The translations under genes were made by a program, and so were the position numbers. A stretch of DNA of 64,000 bases from Hemiscyllium ocellatum (taxonomy: Eukaryota). Numbering within the stretch: position 1 is the first letter of the stretch; every line of letters begins with the position of its first letter. The DNA is taken from the NCBI RefSeq assembly GCF_020745735.1, contig NC_083409.1, forward strand, positions 14,192,760 through 14,256,759. Direction: 5' to 3'. The notes under the pieces were generated by a model. It ran no database searches, was not told where the DNA came from, and saw only the letters and a list, made by a program, of their open reading frames with translations. Positions 25,143-34,989 of the stretch are shown in pieces.

Positions 25143-25515
25143 AGGTCAGTGAGATCAGAGACTGGGACAGGGAGCCAGAGCTCACATCAAACTCTGCCCC
25201 GTGTCCGTCACACTGAGACTGGCAGGAGGCTACTCACTGATTTCACTCCATGCTGCAGGAATGGGACCACAGGCTGCAAATGGACAGAGCTCCTCCACAC
25301 GGTGAGTAAAACTGACTGACTTATATCTTGCTTCTTAAAGGGGGCAATGGAACTGAAGTGGTACGGTTGGACAACTGTTAGACACAGTGCTCCTTAATCA
25401 ACCATTTCGTTCACTGCAGCTCCCCACTAACACCTTCAACAAATCAGTAACTGTATTTTAGAAAGTGTGTTTCAGTATTGAAAGGGTTAATAACAGAGGA
25501 TTGAGGTTTACTTAC

Positions 25516-25550
25516 TCAGTCTGAGCTTGGTTCCTTTACCGAACGTGTCC
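25516..25550 (-). CDS. IGKJ: Ig kappa J segment (DTFGKGTKLRL)
   Basis: FGxG motif; phase-1 donor CTG A|gtaagt; abuts a 23-RSS. Confidence 0.97.
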
Positions 25551-25589
25551 CACAGTGAGAGTTCCCAGTGCAGAGGCTGTACAAAAACC
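25551..25589 (+). promoter_or_regulatory. 23-bp-spacer recombination signal sequence of J
   Basis: CACAGTG (25551-25557) + 23 nt + ACAAAAACC (25581-25589); both elements perfect consensus. Confidence 0.98.
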
Positions 25590-26021
25590 TCTGCTCTCTG
25601 CTTCCCCCCCATCACTCTCAACCTCTCCCTGTCTCCCAGTCTCTCGTTCACTCTCAACTTCTTTCTGCCCCTCTCTGTCTCTCCCTCATTCATGTGTCTT
25701 TCTGTCTCCATCTCTCTCTGTGTCCAGCTGGGCTTGGGAGCTTTGTGAAATTTATTTTTCGATATTAAATCTTGCAGCTGTTCTTCACGCGTGGTCATGG
25801 AGTGTCAGAGGGAAACTTGAGGCCTTCAGTGAGCGGTGGACACCACAGGGACTGGAGTGTGTCATGGACAGTTACAATCCCAGCATGGGGTAATTTGTTC
25901 AGTTTCATTTGTATCTAATTGTGGATGTGTCAGTTCAGGCTGTGGGACTGTGTGTCCATTATTATACATTTTATATAACTGATTGATGTGTCAGTGCATG
26001 AGGCGGTGCTGTGTATCTTGA

Positions 26022-26049
26022 GGTTTTTGTATGGCTCTGTATCACTGTG
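26022..26049 (-). promoter_or_regulatory. 12-bp-spacer recombination signal sequence of V
   Basis: Minus strand CACAGTG ATACAGAGCCAT ACAAAAACC; perfect consensus; V12/J23 is the kappa-type arrangement. Confidence 0.98.
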
Positions 26050-26354
26050 TTGAGCGGAGCTGCTATACCAGTTGTTCTGACAGTAATAGTCAGCGACATC
26101 CTCATTCTGAACGTTGCTGATTGTCAGGGTGTAACTGGTCCCTGATCCACTGCCGGTGAATCGCTCGGAGACTCCTGTGAATCGAGATGTTGCAGCATAG
26201 ATCAGGAGAGAGGGTTTCTGACCTTCTCGCTGCTGGTACCAACTGAGGTAGCTGCTAATGTCTTGACTGGCCGTACAGGTGATGGTTGCAGTCTGGCCCA
26301 GTTCCACTGACAGCACCGGGGGAGACTGGGTCATGATAATCTCTCCATTGATAC
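26050..26354 (-). CDS. IGKV: Ig kappa V exon (L-part2 + V region), open, unrearranged
   Basis: Acceptor cctcag|GT; (G)[41 protein letters not shown]...[11 protein letters not shown]...[17 protein letters not shown]. Conserved Cys/Trp/YYC; 7-aa CDR2 as in kappa. Confidence 0.97.
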
Positions 26355-26540
26355 CTGAGGGGTCAGAGAGAAACACAGTGAAGTCAGAACTGTCACAGAA
26401 AGAGCCGGTCAAATGAGAGATTGTTGGAGACACTGAGCTTTCCTCTGGTTTCAGCATTTTCCCTTCAATCACAAGTCAGTGGAATTGGAGTGAAATGGAG
26501 AGCAGCTAAAGATTCAAGGTGGAAGGAGAGAGATTTGTAC

Positions 26541-26589
26541 CTGCGACACAGAATGCCAGGGGCCAGATCAGCTGGATGTGTGAAATCAT
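26541..26589 (-). CDS. IGKV: Leader (signal peptide) exon MISHIQLIWPLAFCVA(G)
   Basis: ATG at 26589; 49 nt; phase-1 donor G|gtacaa; 186-nt intron; splices in frame to the V exon. Confidence 0.93.
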
Positions 26590-26649
26590 GGTGTGTGCTC
26601 CTGTCCCTGTGCCTGGTTCCTGATAAACTCTCCCTTCACTGGGCTCTGC

Positions 26650-26729
26650 TTTATAAAGCTGCAGCCTGTGAGAGTCTGACTGGGTGTTCCTCAGTATGTA
26701 AATGGCATCAGGCAGAGAGAGCCACGTCA
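26650..26729 (-). promoter_or_regulatory. V-gene promoter: TATAAA (26650-26655), variant octamer ATTTACAT (26696-26703), TGACGTGG (26722-26729)
   Basis: Motifs read on the sense (minus) strand 61-140 nt upstream of the leader ATG, in the octamer-then-TATA order typical of Ig L promoters. Confidence 0.7.
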
Positions 26730-26740
26730 GCCCCTCACAC

Positions 26741-26742
26741 TT

Positions 26743-26773
<31 letters not shown>

Positions 26774-27250
26774 ATCCTTTCTTTTCTTTCTCCCTTTTCC
26801 CTTTTTTCTCTTTCTCACCCTTCTCTTGTATACGTTCTTGTTATTCGTTGACTTTCTCTCTCTTTTTCTATTTCCGTCTCCGACTCTGTCCTCTCCCAAT
26901 TATATAACCACTTATATCTTTCCTTTTTTCCATGTATGTTTGACATTCTGTTTATCTCCCTCCCTTCTGTTTTGGTTGGTCTCTCTCTCTCTCTCTCTCT
27001 CTGATCATTCATTCTTCTCCTTCACTTATATTACTACCTAATTCCTCACTCATTCTCTCCTTATACCCTCAATCTCTAATTGCCTCACTCTCTCTTTGTT
27101 TCCCTCCCTCCAGTCACTCTCTAGCAGGCATTATTCCAGGACATTGGAACAGTGAGTCCTGGGGCAGCAATTAAATGCCTCGCCCTCTCTCACTCAATCT
27201 CACAATGTACACTTGCTCTCTGTCTCTGTCTGTGTGTGTCTTCTGTGTCT
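26741..27250. repeat. Polypyrimidine / (CT)n-rich low-complexity tract
   Basis: (CT)n runs at about 26746-26773 and 26980-27001, with CT/TCTG-rich flanks. Confidence 0.85.
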
Positions 27251-27329
27251 CTCTCAATCAAAAGTTCAATGACATGAACAGCATTTAACAAGTCTCTACT
27301 GATCATCAATGATCTAGCAACATCAATCC

Positions 27330-27730
27330 CAGCTTGGCATTGAGGGAGAGGATCAGCCATGGTCATATTGAATGGCAGAACAGACTCACAGGGCCAATCC
27401 CTAACCCTTACCCTAACCCTAACCCTAAACCTAACCCTACTCCTGCTCTCTATTTCTATCTTTGTATGTCTGTGTAATCTCCAATCTCTGCCCCTGGATA
27501 TTGATCCCTCTATTCATGGAAAAAGTTGCCTTCCTGTCCACTCTATCCCTGCCTCTCATAATCTTTTTGCCCTTCAGCAGGTTCCCTCTCAACCTTCACT
27601 GCTCCAAGAGAAACAATCCCAAACTTTCCAATCCTTCCTCATAGCTCACACCCTCCAGGCCAGGCAGCATCCTGGGAAATCTTTGCACCATCTCGAGTAC
27701 AGTCATATCTTTCTCATAATATGGTGACCA
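27330..27730 (-). mobile_element. CR1 3' fragment carrying a telomeric-repeat insertion
   Basis: MFWSPYYEKDMTVLEMVQRFPRMLPGLEGVSYEE on the minus strand; CR1 tail motif split by (CCCTAA)n. Confidence 0.8.
27399..27439. repeat. Short interstitial telomeric sequence, about 7 x CCCTAA
   Basis: ccctaa ccctta ccctaa ccctaa ccctaa acctaa cccta. Confidence 0.9.
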
Positions 27731-27739
27731 GAACATCTC

Positions 27740-28008
27740 TGCACGTCTGTCTCTCTCTTTCACTGGATTGCCTCTACTCTTTGTCTCACACCTACTCTGT
27801 CTGTCTCTCTCTCTCTCTGTCCCCTCTCTCTCAGTCACACTGTCTCATACTCTATCTCGCTCTATCTCTATTCTTCAACTCCACCATCTCTACCTCTCTC
27901 TACCTCTCTCTCTCCCCCCGCTTTTACTCATCTTACACTGCCTGAGATTCTTTATCCTGCTCTCTCTCACTTTCACACCCTGCCCTTCTATGTCTCTCTC
28001 GTCAACAT

Positions 28009-28044
<36 letters not shown>

Positions 28045-28050
28045 GCACAC
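27740..28050. repeat. (CT)n/(CA)n-rich low-complexity tract
   Basis: Read directly; ends in (CT)n(CA)n. Confidence 0.85.
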
Positions 28051-28524
28051 TCTCTGCCTTTCCAACAAGGTCCCAAGTGGTAAAAGTTAAATACAGGTTA
28101 TATCTCCTCCAAATCTAATGGATGTTAACCCTTGACACCAGGAGTATGTCTACTCCTGGAATAAAGGCCCATTTCCCACATTGACCAGGGTTTGGCCTCT
28201 CTCAGGAAGACGGTCAGATTCTTGTCAAATGAAGGGCAATTCTGTGCTGTTGGCCCATTCTTCCTGGGGACTGGTTTGGACACAAACCTCATTCCATGAA
28301 AGCCCAGCAGAGGGAGGAGATCCTCAGGCCATCAGTATGACCTGGAGGGATAGGACAGGATCTGACCCATTGACCCATCCTATCCATTCACAACATGTTC
28401 CAATCCTTTCCCCTCACCTTTCCCTTCCATGGTCAAGCTCCAGTTTTATTGGTATGAGGATTGGACCATCACACAGTTACTACAGAAAGGAAATGAGCCC
28501 CACACTCACTACAGTATCCATGTC

Positions 28525-28880
28525 CCACTGGACTGTCCAGTGGAGACCAGTAAGCATGGAATTCATTCCCACAGAACTCTCCAGTAGAGACCATTAAACA
28601 TAGGCATCTTTGCTGCTGGAGCCTCCAATGGAGACCAGTAAATATGGGTCTATTTCCCACTGAATACTCGAGCAGAGCCTAGTTAACATGGACCTTATTC
28701 CTACTGGGCCCTCCAATAGAAACCAGGAGAGAAAGGCCTCCATTTCTTTGAACTCTCCAGTGCAGACCAGTAAATATAGACGAGCTTCAAACTGGCTCCT
28801 CCAATACAGACCAGTAAAGATGTGACTCTTTGTGAATGGATCCTCCAATACAGACCAGTAAACAAGGATCTCATTGCAAG
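28525..28880. repeat. 44-bp-period degenerate tandem array, 8 units
   Basis: GACCAG-type core at 28545, 28589, 28633, 28677, 28721, 28765, 28809 and 28853. Confidence 0.9.
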
Positions 28881-29189
28881 ATTGAACTTCGGAATGAGGA
28901 GCAGGAATAGGTAATCAAACCCGTTTCCTATTTAACATGATCATGGCTGAACTTAACCTCCTCTCCACTTTCCAGACGGCTACCTATTGCCCTCTATCCT
29001 GCTTTTCATCAGAAAGATATCTGTTTCTTTCTTGAATCTGTTGATTGATTCTGCCTCCACTGTGCTTGAGGAAGGGGGTGGGGAGGGGGGGGGGGAGTGG
29101 GGAGGGGGGGTGGAGATGATGGTGCGCACTGACATCCACAGATTCGCAACCTTCTGCGAGAAGTAGTTGGAATGGAACAGATTCCATAC

Positions 29190-29520
29190 AGTATGAAACC
29201 AGGCCATTCAGCCCAATAAGTCCACACCAACCCTTCAAAGAGCATTCCACCCAGAGCCATTCTGGAACCTTTTCCCTGTAACCCTATATTTCCCATGACT
29301 AATGAATCTAACCTACACTTTCCTGGACACTATGGGTAAATTAGCATGGCCAATCCTCTGAACGTGTACATCATTAGACTGTGGGAGGAAATCAGAGCAC
29401 ACAGATGAAGCTCACACAGACAGGGGGAGAATGTGCAAACTCCATGCAGTTGCCTGAGGGTGGAGTCGAACCTGGGGCCCTGGCACTGTGAGGCAGCAGT
29501 GCTCACCACTGCACCACTCT
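29190..29520 (-). mobile_element. HE1-like SINE
   Basis: Minus-strand head gtggtgcagtggtgagcactgctgcctcacag...ggttcgactcc, core and tail. Confidence 0.85.
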
Positions 29521-29529
29521 GTCACCTGT

Positions 29530-29935
29530 AGTTTCTCCTCATCTCAGTTTTAAACATACCTCCTCTCACTCTATGTCTATGACCTCTTGTTCGAGACTGG
29601 CCCACAAGAGAGTACATCTGTTCAATGCTTGCCCTATCAATCTCCTTTAGCATCTTATATACTTCACTCAGATCTCCCCTTCATACAACTGAATTCCAGT
29701 GAGTACAAGCCCTAGCTATTCAACCATTCCTCATATGGCAGCCCTTTCATCCGGGGAATCAGTCTGGTGAACATCCTCTGAACTGAATCCAGTGCCACCA
29801 TATCCTTCACCAAGTAAGGAGACCACAACTGGACACAATGCTTCAGATGTGGTCTCACCAATGCCTAATAGAATTGTCACAATATTTCTTTATTTCTGTA
29901 ATTCAGTCCTTTTATAATAAATACCAAGATTCCAA
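29530..29935 (-). mobile_element. CR1 3' RT fragment
   Basis: Minus strand LVRPHLKHCVQLWSPYLVKD-type sequence. Confidence 0.75.
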
Positions 29936-29959
29936 TTGCTGCAAGAAATGCCAACATTC

Positions 29960-30085
29960 CAATTCCATGGGACTCAATTGGAACCTCCAACAGAGATCAG
30001 GAAACATGGGCCTCCATCCCACTGGAATGTCCAATGGACAGCAATAAGCCTGAGCTTCTTTCCCACTGGACCCTCCAGTATTGGA
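29960..30085. repeat. Continuation of the 44-bp repeat family (about 3 diverged units)
   Basis: cctccaacagagatcaggaaacatgggcctccatcccactgga matches the unit consensus. Confidence 0.7.
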
Positions 30086-30769
30086 GCTTCAAACCCCACT
30101 TCCTCTCCATCACCTAGGTCTCTTATTTCAATCTCCACTACATTGTTTGTCTCTGCACTACATCAGCCCCTTGACCACAGAAACTCTTATTCCTGCTCAT
30201 CCCACCTCCAAACTCCAACATTCTGATGTCCTCTCTCAGCTTACTCCATCTGTGCTCCATAAATTCCAAATTGTCTGGAATGAAATGGCCCCTTCCCTGT
30301 CTCATACCAAGGAGGAGATTGACAGATTTGATTTTAGTAATTAGTTGAAAGTTTACGGAGAGTGGGTGTGGTCAGAATTGGTCAAATTGATGACGGCTCC
30401 TGCAGTTGAATATCCTGCTGGCAGGCTCCAGCCTTTTACACACAGAATGGAGAAGTGTGTATTGTAGGCATATATTGTAAAGTTCCATAGAATTAAACCT
30501 CAGCATCAAATGTCCCTCAGGAGGGGAGAGGGAATGTTCAGGGTCCTGAGCTCCATTTCCCAGCCCAGGCAGTTTGCCTCCCAATGAATGAATGAGATGC
30601 CAGCTTGGAGCCCAGGTTAGGGACAGTCTCTGCTGTGGACCCAAGTCAACAAGAGGCAGCTGGAGATCGAGCTGAAAGGAAAGATTTGCTGGGTTATGGG
30701 GAGAGAGGGGGCAGTGGGAATAATTGGATCACTCACAGACACCACAGGTGGGGGGGGGGGTGCAGGTTT

Positions 30770-31040
30770 AGGACTAAATAGAGAAGGAACTTCTTCACCC
30801 AGAGGGTGGTGAATCTATGGAATTCCCTGCCCAGCGAAGTCGTTGAGGTTTCCTCAGTAAATGTTTTTAAAGCTGATTTAGGTAATTTTTTGAACAGTAA
30901 ATGAATCAAGGGTTTTGGTGAAAAGGTGGATAAGGGGGAGCTGATGCCATGAAAAGATCAGCCATGATCTTACTGAATGGCAGAGCAGCCCAAGAGGCCA
31001 GAGAGCCTGCTCCTGCTCCTGGTTTTAATGTTCTTATGTG
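30770..31040 (+). mobile_element. CR1 3' end
   Basis: aacttcttcacccagagggtggtgaatct...gatcagccatgatcttactgaatggcagagcag...cctgctcctg. Confidence 0.8.
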
Positions 31041-31364
31041 CTGTCAGATTCCAGGGAGTGCAGACAGTTCACAGTTTTCTCCCGTCTCAGTAACAAATGT
31101 GCAGCTGCTCCGAGCTCCTTCTTTCACTTCCTCACTTGGTGAAGTTTCAACCTTGCGATCTGACAGCCTTTGCAGTTATTTTTTACACTGGGGCTTTCTG
31201 CTGTGGTCAGAATCTCTAATAATAAGTGTCCAATCAGTGACAATCACAGCAGCTAAGAGCAGTCAGGACTGAGTAGCCAGGCTCACTGGGAAACACATTG
31301 GGAAGATCAAAGCCATCCCCTTCAGGTCCCGGTACAACCTCCATCCCTCTCCCTGAGCACTGTC

Positions 31365-31615
31365 TGCTGCTCAACCAGACTCTTTACAAAAACAGAATAC
31401 CTCAGCAGGTCTGGCAGCATCTGGGGAAAGAAATCAGAGTTAACATTTCAGGTCGAGTGACCCTTCCTCAGAACAGTTCTGAGAAGGTTCACGTCCCAAA
31501 ATTTTAACTCTGCTTTCTCTCCACAGATGGTGCCAGACCTGCCGAGCTTTTCCAGCAATTTCTGTTTTTGTTCCTCATTTGCAGCATCTGCAGCTTTTTC
31601 GGCTTTTATTTCATA
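31365..31615. mobile_element. Inverted (tail-to-tail) dimer of Penelope pLTR-derived short elements
   Basis: cagcaggtctggcagcatct...cttcctcagaac|agttctgagaagg...agatggtgccagacctgccgag. Confidence 0.7.
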
Positions 31616-31689
31616 CCAGATTCCTTAAAATCTTGGCCTCATCTTTGAGGCTGATCTGAGCCCCAAATCCTCCACAGCACAGAGATCAC

Positions 31690-31990
31690 TCACTGAAAGT
31701 CCCACTCGTTGCTTTGGGACTCCAAACATGACCATTCTAATGTTGTCTTGGGCCACATCACAGCCACTGCCCTCTGTAAACTTCAGCTCACCCCAAAACT
31801 CTGCTGCCCGTATCCGAACTCGCAACAAATCCCATCCCCATCCCCCACCGTCCTCACTGAGCGACATTGGCTCCCGGTCCAATAACACCTCGATTTTCAA
31901 ATTCTCGTCCTTGTTCTGAAGTCCCTCCCTGTCCATCGACCCTCCCCATCTCTGTAACCTCCTCCTAGCTGCCTCACTCAGTGTGGTCAG
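31690..31990 (+). mobile_element. L2-like LINE RT C-terminal fragment
   Basis: ...QNSAARIRTRNKS...IFKF motif, typical of the L2 ORF2 C-terminus. Confidence 0.65.
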
Positions 31991-32229
31991 CAATCTTGGA
32001 TATATGGCTCTCTATTCCTTCATCCAAGTCATTCAGAAATATTATGAAATGCTAAAGTCCCAGGACGGATCCCTGGGCACACCACTATTCACCTCTTGCT
32101 CATTGGAGGACACACACATTATTCCCTCACTCTGTCTCCTATCTCCAAACTAATTCCTAACCCAAGGCAAATGTTTTTTCTCTTATTCAATATGGTTTCA
32201 CGTTGATGAACAATCTCTCAAACAGTGAA

Positions 32230-34640
32230 ACTCGGAGCAGGAATAGGCCATTCAGCCCTTCGAGCCTGTTCTGCCATTCAATATGATCATGGCTGATCAT
32301 CCAACTCAGTTGCCTGTTCCTGCTTCATCCCCATAACCTTTGATCCCTTTCATTCTAAGAACTGTATTGTGCCCTTTCTGGAAAACATTCAGTGGTTTGA
32401 GCTGAACTGCTTTCAGTGACAGAAACGTCTACAGGCTTCCTGTAGAATGAAAATATTTCTCTCCATCTCAGCTCTAAATGTCCTTTCCCGTATCCTTAAA
32501 CTTTAATCCTTGATTCTGGACTCCTTCATCATCAGGAACATCCTGTCTTGTCCTGTTAGGATTCTAGAGTTTTCAGTGTGACTCCCCATAATCTTCTAAC
32601 CTCCAGTGAATATAATCCTAACTGATCCAGTTTCTCATCAGATTTAAGTCTAATTGCTGTCATCCCAGGAGTCAGCCTGGTAAACCTTCGCTGCCCTCCC
32701 TCCACAGCCAGAACATCTTTCCTCAGATAAGTAGACCAAAACTGCACACAATACAATCGTAAAATCGCACAGTACAGAAGAGGCCCTTCGACCCATTGTA
32801 CCTGTACCATCCAAACTACAGTAAACCTGCATTCATCCAAATTTCCAACACAAGGCCCATAGCTTTAAATGTTATGATATTTCAAGGGTTAATCCAAGTA
32901 CTTTTAAAAGTCCTCCTCAACTACCAGCCCAGACAATGCAAACCAGACCCCCACCACCCTCTGGGTGAAAATCTCCTCTTCAAATCCCCTATGAAGCTCC
33001 TGTCTTTCACAGTGAATGTGTGCCAACTCCGAAGAAGAGGAACAACTGCTTTCTATTCATTGTGTCCATTCCCCTCATAGCCGTTTACACCTCTATCAGG
33101 TCCTCTCAACCTTCTCTGCTTCAAAGAAAACAACCCGAGTTTATCCAGCCTCTCTTCATCGCTGAAATGCTTCATCCCAAGCAACATCCTGGTGACTATT
33201 CTCTGCACCCCCTCCAATACAATCCCATCCTTCCGATTGCGTGGTGACCAGAACTGCACACAGTACTCCAGCTGTGGCCTAACAAAAATTCTGAATAGCT
33301 CCAACATATCTTCCCTGGTCTTCTCATCTATACCTGAAATGATAAAGGCTAGTGTCCCATATGATTTCATCAATACTTTATTCACCTGTTACATTGTCCA
33401 AAGTTCATCACCTCACATTTATCAGGGGTAAGTTCCATCTGACTCTGATCTGCCCATCTGACCAATCCAGTTAGATCCTCATGTCACCCAAGACCTTCTT
33501 CCTCATTGTCAACCATCTGCCAAACCTCGTGTCATCCAAAAACTCAGTCATCATCCACTCACCCCCACCCCTCACCTCTCACATTCTCATCTTCATTGTT
33601 TCAATACATCCTGAACAATAAGGGACCCAGCACTGATCCCTGTGGTATCCCACTGCACACTGGGCCCAGTCACATAAACAAATTTCTGCCTCCACCCTCT
33701 GTCTCCTGTCACTGAACCAGTTTTGGTTTGAATATTCAGGAGTGGACTCACTAAGGCCCCATACAATTACAGCAAGACATCCCTGTTCCTGTACGCAAAT
33801 TCTCTCACTATAAAGGTAACATATCATTTACCTTCTGCACTGCCTGCTGCACCTACACGCTGACTTTCAGTGACTGGTATACACGGACACAGGCATCTCT
33901 GCATCTTCTTCACTGCTCCCCCTCCCACCCAGCTTTGTGTCATCTGCAAATTGGAGATATTACTCTTAAGTTCCCTCATCTAAACCATGAACAAATATGA
34001 ACATTACTGACATGAATAGAGAAGTGGTTGGCAGGCTGGAAACAAAGAGTAAAAAAAACAGACCTTTTTCTGAAAAGGTCTGTTTTTTTTTTACTCTTTG
34101 TTTCCAGCCTGCCAACCACTTCTCTATCCATGTCAGTACACTGCCCCAGTCCATTGAGTCTTACTTTTACTCGCTAATTTCTACTGTGGGACTGTTTAAA
34201 AGCCTTCTGAAGGTTCCAGATAAACCACATCCGTTGGCTCCCCCTTGTCAAATCTGCTCATTCCATCCTCGAACAATTCCAGTCAATTTGTTCTGCATGA
34301 TTTCCCTTTCCACAAACCATGCTGACTCTGTCTAATCCTATCACTGTCTTCCACGTGCCCAGTGATTAAATCTTTCACAACGAACTTGACTATTTTTCCC
34401 AATACCAATGTCGGCTGACTGGTCCAGGTTGCCCACTTTTCTCTCTCCCTCCCATTTTAAACAGTGATGTTACATTCGCAACTCTCCAGTCACTGGGAAA
34501 GTTCCAGAATCAATAGAATCTTGAACACCAATGTTCCCAAAATTTTTGGGCAATTCCTGAAGTAATCTGAAATGTAGGTTATTGGTCCCTGCGGATTTAT
34601 CAAACTTTAATCCCATAAATTTTCCAAAACCATTTCCCGA
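32230..34640 (-). mobile_element. Mosaic of CR1 RT/3' fragments
   Basis: FVRPQLEYCVQFWSPRNRKD, LYCVQFWSTYLRKD and WIEKWLAGWKQRV motifs. Confidence 0.85.
34005..34138. repeat. 134-bp near-perfect hairpin (about 64-66-bp arms, 4-nt loop TCTG)
   Basis: tactgacatgaatagagaag...cagacctttt tctg aaaaggtctg...cttctctatccatgtcagta; one substitution and an 8A/10T run difference. Confidence 0.95.
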
Positions 34641-34989
34641 ATAAAACTAATTTTCTTCAGTTCTGCCCTCAGTCTATACCCTGACGTCCCAACATGTTTC
34701 AAATGGATTTGAGTTTTCCTTTGTGTACAAAGATCCAGAATGCAGCAAAGGCAGAAATTTCCTTGTCAGCTTTTGTCAGCGATACTTGTCAATATACTTT
34801 CATCAAATCAATTTTCAATAGGAATGACACACTACCCACCATTTCAATGCAATCTTCTGACCTGGGAATAGGTTACAAATCCATCTTTGTGACTACATTC
34901 ACTTTCCTATAGTGTACACAGAATCGAATTGAAACATCTGGCTGAGTCACCAAACAAGAGAACTCCAACTACTCTTAACAGTTCAATCA

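Noticed and set aside
25089-25319. ORF resembling a signal peptide (xGARCLTVLLLLLLLLLLRS)
   Set aside because: Starts at GTG, not ATG; the poly-Leu is simply the CTG repeat.
25590-26021. Possible D segment between V and J
   Set aside because: No additional heptamer-spacer-nonamer sets found; light-chain V12/J23 joins directly.
26374-26412. Perfect heptamer CACAGTG in the leader-V intron as a cryptic RSS
   Set aside because: No nonamer-like sequence at 12- or 23-nt spacing.
25930-26472. Sigma-cart (NS5) or lambda assignment for the light chain
   Set aside because: IxMTQSP N-terminus, 7-aa CDR2, V12/J23 RSS arrangement and C sequence fit kappa/type III (NS4-like) as recalled; a BLAST or phylogeny would confirm.
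28525-28880. CRISPR-like repeat-spacer appearance of the 44-bp array
   Set aside because: Vertebrate context, no cas genes, degenerate cores, and linkers related to each other; it is a tandem repeat.
31519-31535. CTCF-like ccacagatggtgcc
   Set aside because: Poor fit to the core consensus and lies inside a Penelope-derived repeat.
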